From Candidatus Aldehydirespirator catecholifindens (lineage in GTDB: Bacteria; Actinomycetota; Acidimicrobiia; Acidimicrobiales; Aldehydirespiratoraceae): DNA of 64,000 bases. A program made the position numbers and the translations under genes. The first letter of the stretch is position 1, and every line of letters begins with the position of its first letter. The notes below the pieces were generated by a model that saw nothing but the letters and a program-made list of their open reading frames with translations, ran no database searches and was not told the origin of the DNA. This document shows, piece after piece, positions 28,335 to 38,577 of this stretch. The stretch is from positions 1,542 through 65,541 of the forward strand of contig JAPYNU010000006.1 of NCBI GenBank assembly GCA_028283245.1, written 5' to 3'.

Positions 28335-28606
28335 CTAGGCTGACACTTCCACAATTTCTTGTGTGATCCGACGAAATCCGGCTTAATAAAGCATCTGAAA
28401 ACAACACGGCCCTGCTAAAATCAACAAGGTGATTGGCGGCTCGACGAAGGGCTCTGGCCCTGTTCGACTGCCAGGCCTCTCCGGCTCTCGTCTGCTGTGG
28501 CCGGGCTGGCCGAGCAGCGTGCCCTACACAGGGAACGCCACCCCGCCAGACCCTTTATCAGGCTTCGCTGTGGTTGGCGAGACCCTATGAGGAAGGCCGA
28601 TTCGGT

Positions 28607-30670
28607 GTGACATCAGAACTGACTGCAAGCGAAACCGCTGCCGCCCAATCCGACGCAGCTGAGGAGTCCTACGATGCGTCGCAAATCACCGTCCTAGAAG
28701 GCTTGGAGGCTGTACGCGAGCGGCCGAGCATGTACATCGGGTCTACCGGCCCGACGGGACTGCATCACCTCATCTGGGAAGTGGTGGACAACTCAATCGA
28801 CGAAGCCATGGCCGGATACTGCAGCCGGATCGACGTAACTCTCCACCAAGACGGCTCCTGCGAAGTGAGCGACAACGGCCGCGGCATCCCGACAGAGCCG
28901 CATCCCCAGCATGACCAAATTCCCGCCGTGGAACTGGTGTTGACGCTGCTGCACGCAGGAGGCAAGTTCGGCGGTGATGGCTACAAGATCAGCGGCGGCC
29001 TTCACGGCGTGGGCGTGTCAGTGGTGAACGCTCTATCGAAGCGCCTAGAGGTCGACATTTATCGCCAAGGTCTGCACCATCGCATGACCTTCCGAGACGG
29101 CGGCCAGATAGCGGACGCTTTGAAGGTGCTAGGCCCCGCTCCCGAACATAACGGCTCTGGAGCTACCGGCACCACCGTGAGGTTCTGGCCCGACGGTGCT
29201 GTCATGGAAGACCTGTCTTTCAGGTATCAGACCGTGGTGGAGCGCCTTGAAATGATGGCATTTTTGAATCGTGGCCTACAGATCCGCCTGCGGGATCTGC
29301 GAGCCAGCGCCGCTGAGGCCACCGAATGGACGTCCTTCCGCTATGACGGTGGGATTATCGACTATGTCAGCCACCTCAACCAGTCCAAGTCGCGGCTGTT
29401 TGATGAGGTCGGCTATTTCACTGACACCGAGAACATTGACAACAACCCGCATGAGGTGGAGGTGGCTTTCCAGTGGAACACTGGCTACAACAGCGACGGC
29501 CTTCACAGCTTTGCCAACGGTATTTCCACCATAGACGGAGGTACTCATGAGCAAGGATTCCGCTCGGCACTGACTCGCACCGTCAACGCATACGCCCGCG
29601 AGAAAGGCCTTCTCAAAGAAAAGGCTGACAACTTCCAAGGCGAAGACATACGCGAGGGTCTCACTGCCATTGTCAGCGTGCGCATCGGTCATCCCCAGTT
29701 CGAAGGTCAGACCAAAGCCAAACTCGGCAACACTTCAATGCGCTCGTTCCTTGAGCGCGTCACCAACCGCCAGCTCGCTGAATGGCTTGAAGAGCATCCC
29801 GTTGAAGCCAAAAAAGCGGTGCTCAAAGCTGTAGCAGCTTCAACCGCGCGCGAGGCCGCAGCAAAAGTACGTGCAGAAGTAAGGTCGAAGTCGCTGCTTG
29901 ATGGTGCTGGCATGCCCGACAAGCTCAAAGACTGCTCAACTGGAGACCCGACAGAGCGTGAACTGTTCATCGTGGAAGGCGATTCAGCGGGCGGCTCTGC
30001 GGTCAGGGCCCGCGACCCTAAAACTCAAGCCGTGCTGCCGATCAGAGGCAAAATTCTCAACGTTGAACGTGCTCGCGTTGACCGAATGCTCAAAAACAAT
30101 GAAATTCAGGCGATCATCGCTGCAATAGGCGCAGGCATTGGTGATACCAGTGTCGCAGAGCCCAGTGCTAATGGTGCCGAATCACTTCGCAGCCCGACCG
30201 AGCACGGCTGTGACATCAGCAAAGCCCGATATCACAAAGTGATCGTGCTGGCCGATGCCGATGTTGACGGCAGCCACATCCGCACACTGCTGCTTACGTT
30301 TTTCTACCGTCAGATGCGCCCGCTGGTGGAAGCCGGATATGTATATGTGGCTCAACCGCCGCTTTATTCCACCAAAGTTTCCAATTCGAAAACGGTTTAC
30401 CTGCTTGACGATGCCGCTAAAGCAGAGTTTCAAGCGGAACACCCCAATCACAAACGTGAGTTTCAGCGCCTCAAGGGCCTCGGCGAGATGGACTGGGACG
30501 AACTGCGGTCCACCACTATGGACCCGACATCTCGCAGCCTGCTGCAAGTTTCGGTGCAGGAGGCCGCAATCGCCGATCAGGCTATTTCGGTGCTAATGGG
30601 CGAAGACGTGGAACTACGCAAAAATTTCATTGTCACCAACGCCCGCGAAGTCCGAAACCTGGACTTCTGA
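28607..30670 (+). CDS. gyrB: DNA gyrase subunit B
   Basis: LEGLEAVRERPSMYIGS, the GHKL ATPase, and TOPRIM EGDSAGG / DADVDGSHI. The start is set to GTG 28607 after GAGGAAGG. The track ORF from 28433 adds an Arg/Cys-rich non-homologous leader. Confidence 0.95.
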   Translation: MTSELTASETAAAQSDAAEESYDASQITVLEGLEAVRERPSMYIGSTGPTGLHHLIWEVVDNSIDEAMAGYCSRIDVTLHQDGSCEVSDNGRGIPTEPHPQHDQIPAVELVLTLLHAGGKFGGDGYKISGGLHGVGVSVVNALSKRLEVDIYRQGLHHRMTFRDGGQIADALKVLGPAPEHNGSGATGTTVRFWPDGAVMEDLSFRYQTVVERLEMMAFLNRGLQIRLRDLRASAAEATEWTSFRYDGGIIDYVSHLNQSKSRLFDEVGYFTDTENIDNNPHEVEVAFQWNTGYNSDGLHSFANGISTIDGGTHEQGFRSALTRTVNAYAREKGLLKEKADNFQGEDIREGLTAIVSVRIGHPQFEGQTKAKLGNTSMRSFLERVTNRQLAEWLEEHPVEAKKAVLKAVAASTAREAAAKVRAEVRSKSLLDGAGMPDKLKDCSTGDPTERELFIVEGDSAGGSAVRARDPKTQAVLPIRGKILNVERARVDRMLKNNEIQAIIAAIGAGIGDTSVAEPSANGAESLRSPTEHGCDISKARYHKVIVLADADVDGSHIRTLLLTFFYRQMRPLVEAGYVYVAQPPLYSTKVSNSKTVYLLDDAAKAEFQAEHPNHKREFQRLKGLGEMDWDELRSTTMDPTSRSLLQVSVQEAAIADQAISVLMGEDVELRKNFIVTNAREVRNLDF

Positions 30671-30704
30671 ACAGTGAAACCCAAGCAGTGAAACCGATGT
30701 CATT

Positions 30705-33341
30705 ATGAGCAAAAACTCAGACAAAGCACCCGCAGCCAACCCAGAGGATTCGCTACCTCAACCCAGCGCAACCGGCGCTGCCGTCAGCAACGTCACTGTC
30801 GTGGAAATCCAAGAAGAGATGGAGAGCTCGTTTCTGGATTACGCCATGTCAGTGATCATCAGTCGAGCCTTGCCGGATGCCCGCGACGGCCTCAAGCCGG
30901 TGCATCGCCGCATCCTCTGGTCGATGCATGACCAGGGTTTCCGCCCCGAACGCAGCTTCGTGAAATGCGCTCGAGTCGTGGGTGATGTGATGGCGCGCTT
31001 TCACCCTCACGGCGACAGTGCTGTCTACGACGCTTTAGTCCGAATGGCGCAGCCTTTCTCGTTGCAGCATCCGCTGATCGATTTTCATGGCAACTACGGC
31101 TCGCCTGAAGACCCGCCCGCCGCTGCTCGCTACACCGAATGCCGACTGGATCCTTTGGCCGCTTCGATGTTGGCCGACATTGCCGAAGACACAGTCGATT
31201 TCGTTGACAACTATTCCGGCGATTTCACTGAGCCGTCGGTGTTGCCGTCGCGTTTGCCCAACCTGCTGGTCAACGGCAGCCAGGGCATCGCTGTGGGTAT
31301 GGCCACCAACATCCCGCCACACAACCTAAGCGAAGTAATCAACGCTGTAGCGGAACTGTTAGAGAACCCTGATGCCAGCATCGACGATCTGATGGCTCAT
31401 GTTCATGGGCCCGATTTCCCAACAGGCGGACAGATTTTGGGACGCAGCGGCTTCATATCGGCCTACCGCACCGGCCGCGGCTCGGTAAAGATGCGCGCCG
31501 AGGTGGCTTTAGAAGAAATCTCTGGACGCAACGCTTGGGTGGTTACCGCTTTGCCGTATCAAGTGTCAGCCGGTGCGGTGGCTCGAAAGATCGCTGACTT
31601 GGTTAACGCCCGCGAGCTAGAAGGCATCGCTGATGTCAACGACGAATCATCAGGTAACGCAACCCGTTTCGTAATCAAGCTCAAACGTGATGCCAATCCT
31701 GAAGTGGTGCTCAACAATCTCTGGAAGCACACTCCTTTGCAGTCCAGCTTTGGCATGAACATGGTGGCGCTCACCAACGGCGTACCCCGCACCCTCACTC
31801 TCGGTGATGCCTTGAGGGCCTATGTGGATCATCAGATCGAGGTGGTGACACGCCGCTCAGAGTTCCGGCTGGCAGCAGCTAAAGCGAGGCTGCACATCCT
31901 AGAGGGTCTGCTACGCGCTCTTGACATGATCGACGAGATCATCGCCGCAATTCGAGCCAGCCAAGACACTGCCGCGGCTCGGGCAACTCTGATGACTGAG
32001 CCGTTTGAGTTCTCTGAGGCACAAGCCAACCACATCCTCGAAATGGCTTTGTCGCGGCTTACTCGCTTGGGCCGTGAACAGCTCGAAACCGAAGCTGCCG
32101 AAAAGCGTGAATTGATTATTGAGCTAGAAGCGCTGCTGAGCGATGATCACAAACTACGAATGGTGATTCGGGATGAGCTTCAAGCGATCTCTGAGCGTTT
32201 CGGCGTGCCGCGCCGGTCAACGCTTGAGATAGATCCAGGCGAACTTGATATTGAAGACCTAATCGATGACGACGACCTGATTTTCTCAATGTCTGCGTCG
32301 GGTTATGTCAAAACTGTGCCCATTGAAGAGTTCCGTCCTCAGGGCCGCGGCGGCCGCGGGGTGAAAGGCACACGCCTCAAAGCAGACGACACGGTCATGC
32401 ATCTGATCCACACCACCGCACACTCCTATTTGCTGTTCTTCAGCAACCGTGGCAGGGTTTACCGGCTCAAAGCTCATGAGGTGCCGGTGGCTTCACGCAC
32501 TGCTCAAGGCACATCAATCGTGAACTTGCTGTCGCTGCAAGACGGCGAGCGAGTTCAGGCCGTGATTGACACTCGCGATTACGAAATGAACCGCTACCTG
32601 CTGTTCGCCACGGCTAAAGGCAGAGTAAAGCGCACCAAGTTCACGGCGTATGACTCCTCACGCAGCTCGGGGCTGATCGCTATAAGCCTTAAAGACGACG
32701 ATGAGCTGGTGGCTGTGATACCAACCGACGGAGAGCACGATGTCATGTTGTCGTCGCGGCTTGGACAAACGATCCGTTTCGCTCAGGATCAGGTACGCGA
32801 GACGGGACGCCCCGCAGCTGGCGTGCTCGGGTTGAAATTCAAGCATCAAGGCGACACGGTGGTGTCCTGCGCTATCGCTAAACCAGGCACTGCTCTGCTA
32901 TATGTCACTGCTAGCGGATACGGCAAGAGAACCTCGGTGGATGCCTTTAGCCGCAAAGGTCGCCGAGGTCAGGGAGTGACCGGCATCAAACTACTTAAGG
33001 ACAAAGGCACCATCGTCGGCACGCTAGTGGTGGCGCCCGACGACGAGGTTCTTGTTGTAACCGCTAACGGAGTGATGATCCGCATTCCAGTGAACGATGT
33101 TTCCGAACAGGGCCGCACCGCTTCAGGGGTGAAGATCATGACACCTGATCCAGGCGATGAGGTGGTAGCGGTTGCTCTTGTTGATGAAGAAGCCTCCGAC
33201 GAGTTCGACAACAACGACGAAGCCAACGATGCAGAAGCGTTGGACGCGAGCACCCAGTCCTCTGAGCCGCTCGAAGCAGATTCGCAGTCCCTAAATCCGT
33301 CAGCGCAGCAGGATAAACCTGACCCACCCAGACAGTCATGA
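30705..33341 (+). CDS. gyrA: DNA gyrase subunit A
   Basis: [23 protein letters not shown] and [18 protein letters not shown] (QRDR region), followed by C-terminal beta-pinwheel repeats. Confidence 0.95.
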   Translation: MSKNSDKAPAANPEDSLPQPSATGAAVSNVTVVEIQEEMESSFLDYAMSVIISRALPDARDGLKPVHRRILWSMHDQGFRPERSFVKCARVVGDVMARFHPHGDSAVYDALVRMAQPFSLQHPLIDFHGNYGSPEDPPAAARYTECRLDPLAASMLADIAEDTVDFVDNYSGDFTEPSVLPSRLPNLLVNGSQGIAVGMATNIPPHNLSEVINAVAELLENPDASIDDLMAHVHGPDFPTGGQILGRSGFISAYRTGRGSVKMRAEVALEEISGRNAWVVTALPYQVSAGAVARKIADLVNARELEGIADVNDESSGNATRFVIKLKRDANPEVVLNNLWKHTPLQSSFGMNMVALTNGVPRTLTLGDALRAYVDHQIEVVTRRSEFRLAAAKARLHILEGLLRALDMIDEIIAAIRASQDTAAARATLMTEPFEFSEAQANHILEMALSRLTRLGREQLETEAAEKRELIIELEALLSDDHKLRMVIRDELQAISERFGVPRRSTLEIDPGELDIEDLIDDDDLIFSMSASGYVKTVPIEEFRPQGRGGRGVKGTRLKADDTVMHLIHTTAHSYLLFFSNRGRVYRLKAHEVPVASRTAQGTSIVNLLSLQDGERVQAVIDTRDYEMNRYLLFATAKGRVKRTKFTAYDSSRSSGLIAISLKDDDELVAVIPTDGEHDVMLSSRLGQTIRFAQDQVRETGRPAAGVLGLKFKHQGDTVVSCAIAKPGTALLYVTASGYGKRTSVDAFSRKGRRGQGVTGIKLLKDKGTIVGTLVVAPDDEVLVVTANGVMIRIPVNDVSEQGRTASGVKIMTPDPGDEVVAVALVDEEASDEFDNNDEANDAEALDASTQSSEPLEADSQSLNPSAQQDKPDPPRQS

Positions 33342-33715
33342 GTGCAGTGTCTCAACCGCAGCAATCCGATGCGGGGCAGGCTGTGCCGTTGATGGTGCTG
33401 CTGCTGTTCACTGTGGCGCTGACGGCGGTTGCGATGGTTCAAATCGCTCGGATTTTGGATGCGGGTGCCCAGGCTCGTACTGCTGCTGATGCGGCAGCAC
33501 TAGCTGGTGCTGCGGCTGGCCGCAGTTCTGCAGCCGAGATCGCTGCAGCTAACGGCGGAGTTCTGCTTGACTACAACGAACAGATAACGACAGTCGATCA
33601 GCCGTCCGCCATCGAAGCTGATGACGTGGTGCTGGTCACCGTTGAGGTGCGTGTGGGTTCGGCCACCGAAACCGCTCGAGCCGAGAGGAGAGTCGATTGG
33701 ATTGCACCCTCATGA
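33338..33715 (+). CDS. Membrane-anchored TadE/G-like (PF13400-like) protein, hypothetical
   Basis: N-terminal TM helix followed by ARTAADAAALAGAAAG, the hallmark of putative Flp-pilus TadE/G-like proteins. ATGA overlap with the gyrA stop. Confidence 0.5.
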   Translation: MSAVSQPQQSDAGQAVPLMVLLLFTVALTAVAMVQIARILDAGAQARTAADAAALAGAAAGRSSAAEIAAANGGVLLDYNEQITTVDQPSAIEADDVVLVTVEVRVGSATETARAERRVDWIAPS

Positions 33716-33773
33716 CTAGGCACTCAGCAGCGACACTTGAACTTCAGGCTGCCCGCAACGTTTAGAGGCAGCA

Positions 33774-34472
33774 ATGAATCAGCAGTCGACCCCAAGCGCC
33801 GGTGATCAGCATTCGACCGAACCGAGCACAACCCAACCGACCGAATCGGCTGAAGCTGCTGAGTCTGACCGTGCCGTGGCCAGCGAGCCCAGAGCGTCTG
33901 CTGTTAGCTCGCCCATGCCGGATCAGCAGTCAGAGCCCGAACTGAGCCCAGACGCACTGCTAGAGCCTCGAAGAGCCCCACCGCCGCGCACCGCTGTAGG
34001 GAGAGCTCTGCGAACCCGGACTAATCAGCGACTTCGTGCTCGCCGGGTGCGTCGGCTGGTGCGACACATCGAACCGTGGTCAGTCCTCAAAGTGTCGCTG
34101 ATTCTTTATTTCTGTGTTTGGGTAATCATGCTGTTCGTAGGGGTGACTTTATGGAATCTGGCCGAGAGTTCTGGCTTAGTGTCAAACATCGAAAACTTTG
34201 TAGTGGAACTCTTCGCTCTGGAGTCTTTCACGATCAACGCTGACCAGATTTTTCGTATAGCCGCGGTCGGGGGGCTGGTGATGGTGGTGGCCGGCAGCGG
34301 ACTAACCGTTCTGGTTGCAGTGCTTTTTAATCTGATCAGCGATGTCACTGGCGGTGTGCGCTTGACGGTGGTTGAAGAAGAAACAGCCAGACCTCGGGCA
34401 CGGCGAGGCCGCCGCCGAGTGCTGGTGGCTGCCCCTCCTCCGAATTCCCCAGATCCCCGAACTCGCCGTTAA
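33774..34472 (+). CDS. DUF3566-type transmembrane protein (Rv0007-like)
   Basis: A disordered N-terminus, then RRVRRLVRHIEPWSVLKVSLILYFCVWVI.... Same position after gyrA as Rv0007. Confidence 0.7.
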   Translation: MNQQSTPSAGDQHSTEPSTTQPTESAEAAESDRAVASEPRASAVSSPMPDQQSEPELSPDALLEPRRAPPPRTAVGRALRTRTNQRLRARRVRRLVRHIEPWSVLKVSLILYFCVWVIMLFVGVTLWNLAESSGLVSNIENFVVELFALESFTINADQIFRIAAVGGLVMVVAGSGLTVLVAVLFNLISDVTGGVRLTVVEEETARPRARRGRRRVLVAAPPPNSPDPRTRR

Positions 34473-34533
34473 AGGCCGACAACAACAAAAAACAAGCACA
34501 GTCGCAGTTTCTGCGGCTAGCGTGTGACACGCT

Positions 34534-34607
<74 letters not shown>

Positions 34608-34774
34608 CAAATTCCGCCGTTTCGCTGTTTTGCCCAACAACTCCCGGAGGCTGCTTTGGCCGCAGGATTCGTCGCTTTGATTCGCCGCACGATCGTTGCT
34701 GTGGTTGTGGGAATGGCGGTAGCGGCGGTTTTACGAGTGCGGGGCCGTGGTGGTGTTCCGCCCCAGACAGGCGG

Positions 34775-35815
34775 ATGGCGCGAACTGCGAGACGACGAGT
34801 TCGAGTGACCCTTCTCAAGGCGAAGCCAGCAAACGTGGTCGTGTTCGGTGCTGGTGCTACAGGTGCTCGGATCGTGCGGATGCTCTCAGCGAGCCCAAAC
34901 GTGAATCATGTTGAGGTACGAGATCCTGATTCGACTCGGCTGCGCGAGATCATTAATTCTTGTGATGACTCTGTTACTGCTGGACGCGGTCTAAGAGTGC
35001 CCGAAACCACCGACGCGGCGGTGGTTGCCAGCCCGCCGGGTACCCAAGCCGCAGCTGCTCACGCAGCTATAAGCGCTGGCGCAGCAGTCGTGACCACAAG
35101 CAGCGATATTGGCGAAACCCGTGACTTGTTGGCAATGGATCAGTTTGCTATCAGAAAAAAAGTCGGACTAGTGGTCGGTGCCGGTTTCATGCCGGGGCTC
35201 ACTTGTTTGCTGGCGCGTGCCGGGTCAACAGAGCTTGATCTGGTTGACGAGATTCATGTTGCCAAAGCTGGCACGGGTGGCCCTGCTTGCGCGCGTCAGC
35301 ACCACCGTGCCCTAAGCAGCCTTTCTGTTGACTGGCGCGACGGCCGTTGGATGCGCCGCCCTGGAGGATCCGGCCGTGAATTGTGCTGGTTCCCAGAACC
35401 CGTAGCTGGACGCGACTGTTATCGGGGAGCATTATCGGACGCCCTTTTGTTGGTGCCAGCCTTTGCCGGTATCGAACGAGTGACGGCCCGCTTAGCAGCT
35501 ACACGCCGCGACCGGCTGACGGCACCGCTGCCGATGATGCGTCGACCGCACCCCGAAGGCGGCGTGGGGGCGATTCGTGTGGAGCTTCGTGGCCGGTGCG
35601 GCATCGAACGCCATGTCGTGGTTTTGGGTGCTCAGGCTCGGCCAGCGGAAGGTGCAGCCATCGTGGCAGCCGCAACAGCACTGCATCTCATCAACCGCGG
35701 ATTTGTGGAGGGCGCAAGCGGCTTGGCCTCAATTCGTGACTTTAAGGATTTGTTGAGCGATATCTCAGATCGCGGATTGCGCCCTTGCAGGTTCGAAGGC
35801 TTCATCGCATCATGA
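34775..35815 (+). CDS. Rossmann-fold NAD(P)-binding protein (saccharopine-dehydrogenase-like), function unknown
   Basis: VVVFGAGATGARIV dinucleotide-binding motif near the N-terminus. An alternative GTG start at 34805 is possible. Confidence 0.5.
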   Translation: MARTARRRVRVTLLKAKPANVVVFGAGATGARIVRMLSASPNVNHVEVRDPDSTRLREIINSCDDSVTAGRGLRVPETTDAAVVASPPGTQAAAAHAAISAGAAVVTTSSDIGETRDLLAMDQFAIRKKVGLVVGAGFMPGLTCLLARAGSTELDLVDEIHVAKAGTGGPACARQHHRALSSLSVDWRDGRWMRRPGGSGRELCWFPEPVAGRDCYRGALSDALLLVPAFAGIERVTARLAATRRDRLTAPLPMMRRPHPEGGVGAIRVELRGRCGIERHVVVLGAQARPAEGAAIVAAATALHLINRGFVEGASGLASIRDFKDLLSDISDRGLRPCRFEGFIAS

Positions 35816-35884
35816 GATATGTAGCCGTGAACTTCCAAGACTGACACCGCCGCGACGCGTCAAACTCACACCGATTCGCCTACT

Positions 35885-35953
35885 CGCTGGTTCGCCTGTT
35901 CGCTGGTTCGCCTGTTCGCTGGTTCGCCTGTTCGCTGGTTCGCCTGTTCGCCC
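35885..35953. repeat. 16-bp tandem repeat CGCTGGTTCGCCTGTT, four perfect copies plus a partial copy
   Basis: Read directly, in the gap between two convergent genes. Confidence 0.95.
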
Positions 35954-35974
35954 CCTTCTACGGTTCGTTACCTT

Positions 35975-36841
35975 CTACGGCCTGAAACACTGAAGTAGTT
36001 GCTCGTGCAGAATCTGGTTGCTGGCTAAGCCTGAACCGTTGCGCCAATCCGCTACGCCAGATGTGTCGGTGAATCGTCCGCCAGCCTCAGCGATGACGAC
36101 TGACATAGGGGCAATGTCCCAATCGCGGCATTCAGGGTCAATCATGGCATCGGCCCGGCCGGTGGCTACCAGCGCGTATCCGTAGGCATCTCCCCAGGTT
36201 CGCACCCGCGCCCCCGAAGCGCGGACACGCTCAAGAGAACGCTCCGGCCAATACGACAGACCACTAGTGCATACGTAGGATCCAGTGAGACTGTTGCGGC
36301 TGCTGACACCGCAGGCTTCCGCCGTGTCTGAAACCCTGCTGATATCACGACTCCAGTAGGTGCCACCACTTCGGGCAGCCCAAACGCACTCATTGAGCGC
36401 TGGCAGACAAATCACTCCTAAGGCCGGGCCGAGATCATCCACCAGCGCCAACAATGTGGCAAATAGCGGGACTCCTTGAGTGAACGCTTTGGTGCCGTCG
36501 ATCGGGTCGATCACCCAGCAGCGATCGGCCTCGCCAGCGACCCCACCGATGGTGCCCTCTTCTTCGCCGAGTATTGCGTCACCAGGGAAAGTTGCGATGA
36601 TCTCGGATCGCAAAAATCTTTCAACCGCATAGTCGGCTTCGGTAACCGGCGAGCCGTCCTGTTTGGTGGTCACTGCTAAGCCTCGTGACTGGAACCAGTT
36701 CAACGCAATCTGGCCAGCTTTGATCGCAGCCTCCACCGCAAAATTCACAAGCTCCTGATTGATCAAACCGTTTGGCGTGTCACCGGCGTTGCGGTCGCTG
36801 TCTGCGCGATCCTCAATTCCACTTTTGCTTGATTCGCTCAT
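35975..36841 (-). CDS. Inositol monophosphatase family protein (possible histidinol-phosphatase HisN)
   Basis: ILGEEEG and WVIDPIDGTKAF metal-binding motifs. Confidence 0.8.
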   Translation of the reverse strand: MSESSKSGIEDRADSDRNAGDTPNGLINQELVNFAVEAAIKAGQIALNWFQSRGLAVTTKQDGSPVTEADYAVERFLRSEIIATFPGDAILGEEEGTIGGVAGEADRCWVIDPIDGTKAFTQGVPLFATLLALVDDLGPALGVICLPALNECVWAARSGGTYWSRDISRVSDTAEACGVSSRNSLTGSYVCTSGLSYWPERSLERVRASGARVRTWGDAYGYALVATGRADAMIDPECRDWDIAPMSVVIAEAGGRFTDTSGVADWRNGSGLASNQILHEQLLQCFRP

Positions 36842-36917
36842 CTACCGTCAAGCACCTGCTAGCCGTCTTGAGATGAAGAATAGTGTATTTTTATTAGGTT
36901 CACGTATACTACAGTCT

Positions 36918-37295
36918 ATGTCAAACAGCAACTGGCTTTTTCGGCAGTCGCATCTCAAGATGCTCAGAGCCGATAGATGCCGCGAGGTTGCTGACATGCT
37001 TGATCATCGCGGTCAGGCACTGATCCAACGCCATGAACCCGTCATTGATTTACACCGTGTTGAAGTGTGGCGGGGAAGAGCCGCTAGCGCTAGCCGCAGC
37101 CAGCTTCGCCATGTCATCGGTACAGCACTTTATTCTCTCAAAGGCGATCTGGCGATAATTAGTCAAGCGCTACGCAGCGAAGCCACGCAACTCGAACAAC
37201 AAGCATCAGCACTGCGCCGTCAGGCATACCAGATCGAAGCCGCCGAGGCGGCAAGACGAGCACAGCAATCCGAGTTCTCAACAGGGCCGCGTTGA
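36918..37295 (+). CDS. Hypothetical helical protein (WXG-like hairpin?)
   Basis: 125 aa from ATG 36918, downstream of an AT-rich divergent promoter. It is predicted all-helical with a central VWRGRAA. No family recognised. Confidence 0.35.
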   Translation: MSNSNWLFRQSHLKMLRADRCREVADMLDHRGQALIQRHEPVIDLHRVEVWRGRAASASRSQLRHVIGTALYSLKGDLAIISQALRSEATQLEQQASALRRQAYQIEAAEAARRAQQSEFSTGPR

Positions 37296-37359
37296 TCGGG
37301 CGTTCTCGCTGTTTTCTCCAACGGTTGCAGCCACTTGAGCATGCTCTAGGGTCACGTTC

Positions 37360-38577
37360 GTGATCGTTGACACACTCAAGTCGGTCATGCGCTTCCGCCG
37401 CCCCGAACTCAACGCAGCTCATCGTCGTCTGCAGAAGGCTGCCAGCATCGAAGACTTGCGTGCCATAGCTCAGCGTCGCCTTCCTAGGGGCGTTTTTGAT
37501 TACATCGACGGCGGTGCTGAAGACGAAGTCGCTCTTGACCGCAACACACGAGCTTTTCGGGAGCTTGAGTTTGTGCCAAGAGTGCTGCGTGACATGGGCA
37601 GCATCGACACCAGCAGTCAGATCCTGGGCCGCGAAGTGCCTTTCCCATTGATTCTGGCACCGACAGGCTTCACCCGTATTGCGTGTCCTGATGGAGAGCT
37701 GGCCGTGGCTCGTGCTGCCCAGCGTGTCGGGTTGCCTTATTCGCTGTCCACGATGGGCACTCGCTCCGCGGCTGAAGTGGCAGCAGTTAGCGGCGGCTGG
37801 AAGTGGTTTCAGGTGTATGTGTGGCGCGACCGAGGACTACTGCAAGACATGATCGCGCGTGCCGCTGAGTCGGACTTTGACGTGCTATGTATCACTGTGG
37901 ACGTAGCCATGTTGGGCCGACGTGAGCGTGATGTGCGCCGCGGCTTTACGCTGCCACCCACAATGGGATTCGACATCATCTGGGAAGGCTTGCGCAGACC
38001 CGGCTGGAGTCTCAGATTCGCTTTTTCGGATCCGATCTCGTTCGCTAGCGTCGCTGCCAGCGCTGATACCCAGGGGTCAACAGCGGTCGACTTAGCGGAG
38101 TTCATGAATGCACAGTTCGATCCCTCGTTGTCTTGGGAAGACATCGACTGGCTGCGTTCGCTTTGGTCGGGGCCGGTGATCATTAAAGGCGTGCAAAGCG
38201 TCGCCGATGCAGTGATCGCACGCGACCAGGGCCTTGACGGGATCGTGCTGTCCAATCACGGCGGACGACAGCTTGATTCGGCCCCTGCGATCGCTGACCT
38301 GGTCGCACCGGTGGCCGACAAGGTTGGCGGTGATCTCGAAATCGTATGTGACGGCGGCATTCGTCGGGGCGGTGACATCGTCAAGGCGCTGGCTCTCGGC
38401 GCTACCTCATGCATGATCGGACGTCCGTATCTGTATGGGCTCGCGGCGGCGGGGGAGCCGGGCGTGGACTGGGTGATCGAGCATCTTCACGCCGGGATGA
38501 GACGCGACATGGCTTTGTGCGGCGCGGCGAGCGTTGCTGAGCTGACCGGTGAGCTAGTGGCTCGACGTAGTTCATGA
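37360..38577 (+). CDS. FMN-dependent alpha-hydroxy-acid dehydrogenase/oxidase (LldD/glycolate-oxidase family)
   Basis: FDYIDGGAEDE, VLSNHGGRQLD and DGGIRRGGDIVKALALGA motifs. GTG start. Confidence 0.85.
   Translation: MIVDTLKSVMRFRRPELNAAHRRLQKAASIEDLRAIAQRRLPRGVFDYIDGGAEDEVALDRNTRAFRELEFVPRVLRDMGSIDTSSQILGREVPFPLILAPTGFTRIACPDGELAVARAAQRVGLPYSLSTMGTRSAAEVAAVSGGWKWFQVYVWRDRGLLQDMIARAAESDFDVLCITVDVAMLGRRERDVRRGFTLPPTMGFDIIWEGLRRPGWSLRFAFSDPISFASVAASADTQGSTAVDLAEFMNAQFDPSLSWEDIDWLRSLWSGPVIIKGVQSVADAVIARDQGLDGIVLSNHGGRQLDSAPAIADLVAPVADKVGGDLEIVCDGGIRRGGDIVKALALGATSCMIGRPYLYGLAAAGEPGVDWVIEHLHAGMRRDMALCGAASVAELTGELVARRSS

Noticed and set aside
28433-28606. N-terminal extensions of track ORFs: gyrB from 28433, trxB from 12977, rpsF to 8752, rpmH to 23693, pcnA to 11830, degV from 11628, and the EF-G paralogue from 59904.
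   Set aside because: The extensions are non-homologous, often overlap neighbouring genes, and an internal start with a good Shine-Dalgarno matches the conserved N-terminus in each case.
30671-30704. The direct repeat CAGTGAAAC x2 between gyrB and gyrA, considered as parS half-sites.
   Set aside because: Only the GTGAAAC half is present and there is no palindromic partner. This is probably coincidental in a 34-bp spacer.
35885-35953. The tandem repeat, considered as a CRISPR array.
   Set aside because: The repeats are contiguous with no spacers, the unit is only 16 bp, and there are no cas genes in the window.
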